Assembly (NCBI GenBank): GCA_044360195.1
Contig: JBIKKT010000015.1
Location: forward strand, 429-64,428
Source: Bdellovibrionota bacterium
GTDB taxonomy: Bacteria; Bdellovibrionota_C; UBA2361; OMII01
Reading direction: 5' to 3'
DNA: 64,000 nt
Shown here: positions 20,456 through 27,949 of the stretch, piece by piece
How positions within the stretch are numbered: position 1 is the stretch's first letter
Layout of the letters: each line of letters opens with the position of its first letter
The notes under the pieces: model-generated
What the model was told of the DNA's origin: nothing
What the model saw: only the letters and a program-made list of their open reading frames with translations
Database searches by the model: none
Position numbers and translations under genes: made by a program

Positions 20456-21610
20456 ATGGATTATTCCTCAACCCTAAACGTCAGCCGCTTCAATCATCTA
20501 CGGGCACCGTCTCCGCTAGACCTTGTTCTCGTAGCGACGGTTCTCTTGCTCGTTGGTTTTGGTTTGGTAATGGTCTATTCCACAACAGGAATAGTCTCGC
20601 AAGAGAAGTTGGGAGACTCTCTCTACTACGCCAAGCGCCAGGGTCTGTCTGCGATTATAGGTTTTGTGTTTATGATCGTTGTGAGTCGGGTTCCACTTGG
20701 GTTCCTAAGAAAGATCTCACCCTACCTGCTTGTGGCGTCACTCTTGTTGCTTCTCTTGCCCCTCACTCCAGGTATAGCCGATAGAGCAGGCGGGGCGTCT
20801 CGCTGGGTGAAGTTTGGGCCGGTTCGATTTCAGCCGGCTGAATTTGTAAAGGTGTTGATGGTGGTCTTTATGGCTGGGTTCTTCACCCGCCAGGAGCACC
20901 GCGTACGCTCGTTCGTAGACGGGATCATAAAACCCTTCTCGATGGTTGCAATGGTAGCTGGTCTCTTGCTTTTACAGCCTGATTTTGGATCCTCTGCGGT
21001 GATAGTGACCGTTACCCTTGCCATGGCGCTCGCGTGTGGGGTGCGGCTTTCTCACATGGCGCTCTGTTCGCTTGGGGTGTGCGTTGCTGCCGCCATCTTA
21101 GTTTGGATCTCTCCGTATCGGATGATGCGCGTGGTGAGCTTTCTCTCTCCCTTCTCTGATACTTCCGGTAAAGGGTATCAGTTAATTCAGTCACTGATAG
21201 CTGTCGGTACGGGGCAATTAACAGGCGTGGGCTTGGGAAGTAGTCAACAGAAGCTCTTTTTCCTTCCTGCCGCACACACTGACTTTATCTTCGCTGTTAT
21301 CTCTGAGGAGCTGGGGTTTATCGGTGGTTTGTGTGTCATTGCCGGCTTCCTTGTTGTCTTGTGGCGGGGCTTGCTCTTAGCAAAGGGAGTTCGTCATGAT
21401 TCGTTTCTCTTTGCTATGGCGGTCGGCTTGACGATGATTATGGTAGCTCCTGCGCTGTTAAATGTGGGTGTAGTAATCGGCCTTCTTCCTACGAAAGGAA
21501 TGGTGCTCCCACTTGTTGGTTACGGAGGGTCGAGCCTTATCTCATGTATGGGAGTAGTTGGCCTTCTGCTCGCTGTGAAGCGCGAGGGGGATCGCGGGGA
21601 TTTACTCTAG
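20456..21610 (+). CDS. ftsW: Peptidoglycan glycosyltransferase FtsW
   Basis: GLVMVYS, RW...FQPAEF.K, QPDFG, GYQLIQS, LPAAHTDFIF, LPTKG..LP..GYGGSS. Confidence 0.97.
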   Translation: MDYSSTLNVSRFNHLRAPSPLDLVLVATVLLLVGFGLVMVYSTTGIVSQEKLGDSLYYAKRQGLSAIIGFVFMIVVSRVPLGFLRKISPYLLVASLLLLLLPLTPGIADRAGGASRWVKFGPVRFQPAEFVKVLMVVFMAGFFTRQEHRVRSFVDGIIKPFSMVAMVAGLLLLQPDFGSSAVIVTVTLAMALACGVRLSHMALCSLGVCVAAAILVWISPYRMMRVVSFLSPFSDTSGKGYQLIQSLIAVGTGQLTGVGLGSSQQKLFFLPAAHTDFIFAVISEELGFIGGLCVIAGFLVVLWRGLLLAKGVRHDSFLFAMAVGLTMIMVAPALLNVGVVIGLLPTKGMVLPLVGYGGSSLISCMGVVGLLLAVKREGDRGDLL

Positions 21611-21617
21611 GTTTGCC

Positions 21618-22751
21618 ATGAACGAAGTGCTATCCGCGCAGCCAGCAAGCTCTGACCAACCTCCCGTTGTCGCCCGCAAGCCGATACGGCTTTTAGTTGC
21701 AGCTTCAGGCACAGGCGGTCATATCATTCCCGCGTTGCATATTGTTCGAGCAGTGCGCTCAATTGAGCCTCTATCAGCGATTGAGTTCATCGGGTCAGGG
21801 CGCCCCCTCGAGGAGAAGCTTATCATCGGTAACGGCTATCCTCGGCACGTGGTGCGGCTCTCTGGGGTAAAGAACCGGGGTATAAAAGGAGTGCTGCAGT
21901 TTGCCTTTAGGCTACCAGTTGCAGCCGTACAGCTGTTTTCACTCTTCCGCCGATTTCGGCCTGACGTTGTTGTTGGTGTTGGTGGGTACGCATCCGTTCT
22001 GCCGGTCGTGCTGGCGCGTCTCCTCGGTATTCCCACCTGGATCCATGAAGCGGAGCTTCATCCTGGGTTAGCAAATAGGGTGCTTTCTTATTTCGCTGAT
22101 AGGATATCGGTGGTTTTTTCCAATACGGTTATCAAGGGGCGGGCGCAGGTGGTTGTAACTGGACACCCCGTACGTCAAGAGTTAGTTGGGGTCGATGCAA
22201 CCTCGGTGCGTGACGATGCCCCCAAGCGGCTCCTAATCCTTGGTGGCTCGCAGGGTGCTCGCGGTCTAGATGAGGCGGTATCGACGGTCGCTCCCGTTGT
22301 GAAGGAGCGTGGTATCGAAGTTGTGCATCAGTGTCGGGGCGATCAGATGGACCTGGTTGTTAACTCCTACCGGGCAGAAGGGGTAAACGCCAGCGTAGTG
22401 CCGTTTATCGATGACATGGCCGGTGCCTACGAGTGGGCAGATGTGATCATAAGTCGCGCCGGTGCAAGTTCGGTTGCTGAGATCGGCTGCGTCAATCGCC
22501 CAGCGCTCTTTGTGCCATACCCCTTTCAGACAGGTACTCATCAAAGCGACAACGCTCAAGTTCTAGTAGCACAGGGGAAAGCTCTAGTAGTTGAGGAAAC
22601 TCAGCCTCATTTTCCATCGCGCTTAAAGGCAGCCCTAGAGCATCTTCTTTCGCGCTCTGAGTACCTGGCGATGAAGAACCTCCCGCCTGAATCAAAGGGC
22701 TTACAGGCAGCAAGCAGTATTGCGCGGGGAATAGTAGAGTTAAGGAGATAG
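21618..22751 (+). CDS. murG: Undecaprenyl-PP-MurNAc-pentapeptide GlcNAc transferase
   Basis: GTGGHIIP, GVGGYAS, GGSQGA, SRAGASS.AE, PYP....HQ..NA. Confidence 0.96.
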   Translation: MNEVLSAQPASSDQPPVVARKPIRLLVAASGTGGHIIPALHIVRAVRSIEPLSAIEFIGSGRPLEEKLIIGNGYPRHVVRLSGVKNRGIKGVLQFAFRLPVAAVQLFSLFRRFRPDVVVGVGGYASVLPVVLARLLGIPTWIHEAELHPGLANRVLSYFADRISVVFSNTVIKGRAQVVVTGHPVRQELVGVDATSVRDDAPKRLLILGGSQGARGLDEAVSTVAPVVKERGIEVVHQCRGDQMDLVVNSYRAEGVNASVVPFIDDMAGAYEWADVIISRAGASSVAEIGCVNRPALFVPYPFQTGTHQSDNAQVLVAQGKALVVEETQPHFPSRLKAALEHLLSRSEYLAMKNLPPESKGLQAASSIARGIVELRR

Positions 22752-22793
22752 CTGAGGCTGCCCGGGGCCTCACACCCAACCAAAACAACGCGA

Positions 22794-23501
22794 TTGTCTT
22801 GTTTTGCGCCGGCTCACCCCTGGGGACCTAAGCGTTCAGATAATGCGCTTCAGTCCGCACCACTCCATCAGAGTGAGACATCAGAAGATATATACACAGC
22901 ACCGTTAGGCTCAACTGAGCGGTCGGTGTTCGGTTTGTCGCGGGTTTTTTCGGGGGGTTATACAATGTTGAGAGCGCTTTTAGGCGGCTTATCGGGCTCT
23001 GAAGAGAGCGGGTCCAAAACCTCTACCGGTGTACTCGGTACCGAACCCAGCGAATCTGCCTATTTTAAGTTAAGTTGCGAAAGCCCTGAGCATTTGGCCT
23101 TGCTTCTAAGGGCAAGACATGGCCTTGGCGACCTGAGCGCGGTGTACGCAGCCTTCAAGGCTGACCCGGGCGACGAAGTTCACCCAGAGCGACTGCGAAC
23201 CTCATCCGATGGGTTTGCTGTCTTACAGGGAGCACCCGCAACACAGATTATAAGCACTGGATGCCTCTTAGTTGAGCGTTTTAAGGAGTCAGGTGATGTA
23301 CAGGGAGAGGGGGCTACCTACCAACGCATAAGAGCCTTCAAAAGCTATGCAGGCGCCCTTGCTGAGTTCTGCGCAAAGCTAGAGATGTGCACCGTAGGCT
23401 CCCTTGAGGTTGCTGAGGGTGACCAGAGGGCGGGTAGGGCAGACCTGAAGTTTGAGGGGCTGAACCGCACTATGTCACTGTTTTCCCTCGATCCCTCGTA
23501 G
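22794..23501 (+). CDS. Hypothetical protein (start possibly ATG 22965)
   Basis: Long ORF filling the gap after murG; no recognisable motif. Confidence 0.55.
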   Translation: MSCFAPAHPWGPKRSDNALQSAPLHQSETSEDIYTAPLGSTERSVFGLSRVFSGGYTMLRALLGGLSGSEESGSKTSTGVLGTEPSESAYFKLSCESPEHLALLLRARHGLGDLSAVYAAFKADPGDEVHPERLRTSSDGFAVLQGAPATQIISTGCLLVERFKESGDVQGEGATYQRIRAFKSYAGALAEFCAKLEMCTVGSLEVAEGDQRAGRADLKFEGLNRTMSLFSLDPS

Positions 23502-23945
23502 AGGCGGGGTTCCACCGCTGACCTGCTAGGCACACAATGTTTTTATGGAAGAAGCTAAGCAGCTCTTAGTAAGGTCTTCTTAGGTTGAAGCTTGGGTGAG
23601 AGCTGCACATAAAGGCGGGGAAAATCCTACGAAGAATTCAATCGAAAAAAATCTAAAAAACCTTTAGTTGCCCTTAGTGCAGCTGCTCGGTCGAAAGGTT
23701 TATTGCCCCTTCCCAACGAGAAGCTTTCAGTGTTTGAGCCTCGACTACCCAATCCTATCAATTTCGTGTCCTTACTATTTCGATGCCGCACCCCCTTGAG
23801 TGACTCTCCAAAAGTAGAAAAATTGGCATTATTTGCTCATCTTGCCTGAAAGGGCATCACCGGAAGGGTTTCAGCAGGGTGACGACCCTAGGGAAAAGTT
23901 GTATATCTTTCCTAATTAGAGAGTGTTTCCGAGAGGTTTCCCAGC

Positions 23946-25781
23946 ATGTCATCTTCGTCATCTCCATCGTGTTGTGCCTCAACGGCGCCATCCTTTCTGC
24001 TTAGCGCTTACCGTTCCCACACCTGCAATGAGTTAAGATCCGCCCATGCTGGCGATAAAGTTACTTTGTCTGGGTGGATTCTTCGAAAGCGTGACCACGG
24101 CGGCGTGGTTTTCGTTGATCTTCGCGATAATTACGGCCAGACGCAGGTTGTGTTTAACGATAAGGGGTTAGACCTCATACAATCAGTGCGCGTCGAGTCA
24201 GTTATAACGGTCACTGGAATCGTGAAGTTGCGTGACGCAGCGATGGTTAACCAAAAGATTGAGACGGGTGAAATAGAGGTGCACTGCGAGGAGCTTATCG
24301 TTCAGAGCGTAGCGGACGTACTTCCATTTCAGATTGCTGAAGATGATAAAGCCCCTGAGCCGACTAGACTCACCTATCGCTTTCTCGATCTTCGCCGCGA
24401 GAAGGTTCATGAGAACATACTCTTGCGGTCGAATGTAATACGAAAGATCCGTGAGCTAATGCACGGGATGGGTTTTAATGAGTTTCAGACACCAATCCTT
24501 ACTAGTAGCTCACCCGAAGGAGCGCGAGACTTTCTTGTGCCGTCTCGTTTTCACCCAGGGAAGTTCTTTGCGCTGCCTCAGGCCCCTCAGCAGTTTAAGC
24601 AGCTCTTGATGGTCTCTGGTTTCGATCGTTACTTTCAGATAGCGCCTTGTTTTCGCGACGAAGATCCCCGTGCTGACCGCTCTCCAGGAGAGTTCTATCA
24701 GTGCGATATCGAGATGAGCTTTGTTGAGCAAGAAGATGTCTTTAAGGTTGGTGAGAAGCTACTAAGCGAGCTTTTTCAGGCCTTCGCCAAGGAACCAGTT
24801 ACCCCGGCACCGTTCCTGCGCATTCGGTACGACGATTCTATGGCGCAGTTTGGCTCAGATAAGCCGGACCTTAGAAATCCGCTGCGAATCAAGAACGTCT
24901 CTGAAGCCTTTGTAGGCACAGAGTTTCAGGTCTTTAAGAACGTTCTCGCCTCTAATGGCGCTATCCACGCTATCGCGCTTCCAAAGATGGAGACACCGCC
25001 GCGTAAGTATTTCGATGATACGATTGAACTCTTCAAGAAGTGGAGCGGCCAGGGGCTTGCTTACTTAATAATCGAAGAGAGTGGTTGGCGCGGCTCTATC
25101 GCTAAGTTTTTTGGGCCGAGTGAACAGGAGAAGCTTACAGCGCTGCTTCAGCTTCAACCTGGTCAGGTGGTGTTTTTCGGCGCAGGTGATTCCAAGAAGG
25201 TGCTGCCACACCTTGGACGTATGCGTAACAAGTTTGGCGAGGACTTTAAGCTCCTCACTGGCGGATACCATTTCTGTTGGGTGTACGACTACCCAATGTA
25301 TGAGTGGGATGAAGATGCAAAGGGCATTGTATTCAGCCACAACCCTTTCTCGATGCCACAGGGCGGCATGAAGGCGCTCTGTGAGCAGGACCCCTACGAG
25401 ATTAAGGCTTACCAATACGACATCGTATGTAACGGTTACGAGCTTTCAAGTGGAGCCATTCGAAACCACCAGCCCGATATCATGTACAAGGCTTTTGAGA
25501 TCGCTGGATACTCGAAGGCTGACGTCGACGAGAAGTTTGGTGGTATGATTAAAGCCTTCAAATTTGGCGCTCCCCCGCACGGCGGCTTTGCGCCCGGAAT
25601 CGATCGCATCGTGATGCTACTTGCTCAGGAGCAGGCAATACGTGACGTTATTGCGTTCCCGATGGCGCAGAGTGTAGAGGATCTGATGATGGGAGCCCCA
25701 AGTCTTCCAAGCGAGAAGGCGCTGCGCGAGGCTCATATCAAGGTTGTACTACCCCCGGAAGTCGAGAAGAAGGCGAGTTAG
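23946..25781 (+). CDS. aspS: Aspartate--tRNA ligase (probably non-discriminating)
   Basis: [55 protein letters not shown]. Confidence 0.98.
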   Translation: MSSSSSPSCCASTAPSFLLSAYRSHTCNELRSAHAGDKVTLSGWILRKRDHGGVVFVDLRDNYGQTQVVFNDKGLDLIQSVRVESVITVTGIVKLRDAAMVNQKIETGEIEVHCEELIVQSVADVLPFQIAEDDKAPEPTRLTYRFLDLRREKVHENILLRSNVIRKIRELMHGMGFNEFQTPILTSSSPEGARDFLVPSRFHPGKFFALPQAPQQFKQLLMVSGFDRYFQIAPCFRDEDPRADRSPGEFYQCDIEMSFVEQEDVFKVGEKLLSELFQAFAKEPVTPAPFLRIRYDDSMAQFGSDKPDLRNPLRIKNVSEAFVGTEFQVFKNVLASNGAIHAIALPKMETPPRKYFDDTIELFKKWSGQGLAYLIIEESGWRGSIAKFFGPSEQEKLTALLQLQPGQVVFFGAGDSKKVLPHLGRMRNKFGEDFKLLTGGYHFCWVYDYPMYEWDEDAKGIVFSHNPFSMPQGGMKALCEQDPYEIKAYQYDIVCNGYELSSGAIRNHQPDIMYKAFEIAGYSKADVDEKFGGMIKAFKFGAPPHGGFAPGIDRIVMLLAQEQAIRDVIAFPMAQSVEDLMMGAPSLPSEKALREAHIKVVLPPEVEKKAS

Positions 25782-25788
25782 CCAAAAA

Positions 25789-25862
25789 TATGGACGGCGA
25801 TCTTTCGTTCGTTTTATCTCGGCAGCTTACGAATGGGGGCGAACTAAAGTAAGCGGTCCATA
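25789..25862 (+). other. Long imperfect hairpin immediately after the aspS stop
   Basis: Nested pairings TATGGAC/GTCCATA, CTTT/AAAG, GTTCGTTTT/GGGGCGAAC (G.U run) and TCG/CGA. Confidence 0.6.
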
Positions 25863-25922
25863 CAACGCTAACCCTCTTTTTTGGAAGCGCTAATAGTGGT
25901 AGCCTTCGCAAGTTCAACACAC

Positions 25923-26125
25923 GCCCGAGTGATGACCCTCCTACGCCAAGGCTCCGGCGGGTTTTTGCAGGGGCGCGATACATATGCCCGAGTGATGACC
26001 CTCCTACGCCAAGGCTCCGGCGGGTTTTTGCAGGGGCGCGATACATTTGCCCGAGTGATGACCCTCCTACGCCAAGGCTCCGGCGGGTTTTTTGCAGGGG
26101 CGTGATACATTTGCCCGAGTGATGA
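25923..26125 (+). repeat. Three tandem 63/63/64-bp repeats, each starting with the first 13 nt of tRNA-Leu and containing a REP-like GC hairpin plus T-tract
   Basis: Units start at 25923, 25986 and 26049: GCCCGAGTGATGA-CCCTCCTACGCCAAGGCTCCGGCGGG-TTTTT-GCAGGGGCG(C/T)GATACAT(A/T)T. A fourth GCCCGAGTGATGA at 26113 continues as tRNA. Confidence 0.95.
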
Positions 26126-26150
26126 AATGGTAGACATACGGGACTTAAAA
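26113..26150 (+). pseudogene. 5' half of the original host tRNA-Leu(TAA), ending at attL
   Basis: GCCCGAGTGATGAAATGGTAGACATACGGGACTTAAAA. Its anticodon-stem strand CGGGA pairs with TCCCG of the 3' half at 47015-47019. Confidence 0.92.
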
Positions 26151-26286
26151 GAAAGTGACTGAACGTATGCCCGAGTGATGAAATGGTAGACATACAGGAC
26201 TTAAAATCCTGGGGGAGAAATCCCGTGTCGGTTCAAGTCCGACCTTGGGCAGTCTAATCAATCACTTACGGTCACTTTCTTTTAAG
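26144..26286. repeat. Perfect 16-bp inverted repeat flanking the island-borne tRNA
   Basis: CTTAAAAGAAAGTGAC (26144-26159) and GTCACTTTCTTTTAAG (26271-26286). Confidence 0.93.
26169..26251 (+). tRNA. tRNA-Leu (anticodon TAA), complete, island-borne; CCA not encoded
   Basis: Acceptor GCCCGAG/CTTGGGC-A, D-loop GG, anticodon stem CAGGA/TCCTG with loop CTTAAAA, variable arm GGGA-GAAA-TCCC, T arm GTCGG-TTCAAGT-CCGAC. Confidence 0.97.
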
Positions 26287-26303
26287 GCTCGTGCTACTGG
26301 TTT

Positions 26304-26400
26304 CATTCTCACTGAACCGTCCCGACGTACAGACGATCAACTAACCATCATTCTCACTCATTCTCATTAAGGTTCGCACAAATAACTCCGATGTTCTCAT
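26304..26400 (+). promoter_or_regulatory. Putative integrase arm-type binding sites (left end)
   Basis: TTCTCA at 26306, 26351, 26361 and 26394. ATTCTCACTCATTCTCATTAAGG closely mirrors the right-end ATTCTCACTCTGTTCTCATTGAGG. Confidence 0.6.
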
Positions 26401-26419
26401 CGAGAAGGAGCGAACTAAG

Positions 26420-27787
26420 ATGACTGAAGCTACGTTACATCATGTGTGTGAGGGGGCTGTCGTTCTCTATAAGCGAGATGGCAGCAATACAGAGTGCTGG
26501 TATGCACGATTCAAGAACCCCAAGACGGGCAAATGGAAGAAGTTCAGTACCAAGGTCACCGACCTCGAAAAAGCGAAGCAAATCGCTCAACGACAGTTCG
26601 ATGTACGGGTCGAGCTAATCAAGAACAACATCGACATTGATACGAAACGGTTCTCATACGTCGCTGATTACGTCACCAAACAGCTCCAGGCTGACATCGA
26701 TGCTGGCACTGGTAAGAAGACCTACGAAGACTACATCCGTGTAATCAATCGCTTCAAACAGTTCTTTGGAAATAAGTATATCGGCAACATCACCTATCAA
26801 GACCTTGTCGAGTACGATCAAGAGCGCACCCGCAAACTAGGTCGAAAGGCAAAGCAATCAACGGTAAATCTCGCAAACGTCGCACTGACAAAGGTGTTTA
26901 AGACAGCCATCGAGAAGGGCTGGATGCACCAGTCGCAAGCGATTTCTTTCAGAAACGATGGAAAGAGAGGGGAGCGACGACCTTACTTTGAGCTGCACGA
27001 ATATCAAAAGCTCTATAGGTTTATGCGTGAGTACGTGAAGCTAACAACTAAAGACAGCCCTCAGGGAGGCGTTAAGAACCAGACGCTCATGATTCGAGAG
27101 CTGATGCGAGACTATGTGCTCTTTCTGGCGAATACAGGCTTGCGGCACGGCACAGAGACCAAGAACCTCAAATGGAAGCACATCTCTGAGACGACCATGA
27201 ATGGACAGAAGTTCATCGTAATCGCCCTTGAAAAGGGAAAGACAGGTAAGCGTACCATCGTCTGTCGTCATAGCGTCAGAAAGTACCTAGTTCGCATCAA
27301 GGACCGATTTGCACATCTCAAAGAGCGACACCTAGGGCAGATGCTCGATATCGATGAGCCTGTATTTCGATGTCGTGACGGCTCTGTGCCGAAGGACTTT
27401 CACGGTGCGTTCAGAATCATGATGGAGAAGGCTGAGCTGCTCAATGACGTAAGCGGAGCAAGGCGCTCCCTCTACTCACTGCGGCATACCTATGCGACTT
27501 TTCAGATTATCTACAACAAACTCGACCTGCATACCCTGGCGAAGAATATGGGAACGTCCATAGCGATGCTGGAAAGGCATTACTCTCACCTAGAGGTGCT
27601 GCATAGGGCTGAGGCGTTGGCTGGCAAGGCAGAATCGAAGCCTAGGAAGGTTAAATCAGGTGAAACTCGTATAATCCAGCTTAATAGTGACTTGCAGGCT
27701 ATAAATTCGGGGCATGATACCGAGGTCCTGACGACTGATGGTTGCGCTAAGCCCCAGATTTACGGTCCAGGGAGCACCTCGAAGTGA
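26420..27787 (+). CDS. Tyrosine recombinase / phage-type integrase
   Basis: N-terminal arm-binding-like beta domain (WYARF...KFSTK), catalytic NTGLRHGTE, GKTG, YSLRHTYAT, KNMGTS, RHYSH. GGAG RBS. Confidence 0.95.
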   Translation: MTEATLHHVCEGAVVLYKRDGSNTECWYARFKNPKTGKWKKFSTKVTDLEKAKQIAQRQFDVRVELIKNNIDIDTKRFSYVADYVTKQLQADIDAGTGKKTYEDYIRVINRFKQFFGNKYIGNITYQDLVEYDQERTRKLGRKAKQSTVNLANVALTKVFKTAIEKGWMHQSQAISFRNDGKRGERRPYFELHEYQKLYRFMREYVKLTTKDSPQGGVKNQTLMIRELMRDYVLFLANTGLRHGTETKNLKWKHISETTMNGQKFIVIALEKGKTGKRTIVCRHSVRKYLVRIKDRFAHLKERHLGQMLDIDEPVFRCRDGSVPKDFHGAFRIMMEKAELLNDVSGARRSLYSLRHTYATFQIIYNKLDLHTLAKNMGTSIAMLERHYSHLEVLHRAEALAGKAESKPRKVKSGETRIIQLNSDLQAINSGHDTEVLTTDGCAKPQIYGPGSTSK

Positions 27788-27949
27788 ATGTTCTCCTCGG
27801 GAATGGGCTCATTGACCAATCCCCTGGCATTCGAGGGTGTCTCACTGCGTGAATTACCTGTTCGTTTGAAGCTGGACGTCCAGCAAAACTGTCAGTAAAC
27901 TCAAATGCTTCGGTCATTCTCACTAGTTGACCCAATTATCTGAGGAAAA

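Noticed and set aside
23502-23945. T-box or riboswitch upstream of aspS
   Set aside because: No T-box consensus or terminator/antiterminator pair could be identified.
25923-26168. CRISPR array
   Set aside because: Units are identical along their full length (no unique spacers), derive partly from tRNA sequence, and no cas genes are present.
25738-26193. Repetitive ORFs (151, 89 and 74 aa; PPEPWRRR repeats)
   Set aside because: They are translations of the tandem DNA repeat and tRNA sequence, with no RBS or coding evidence.
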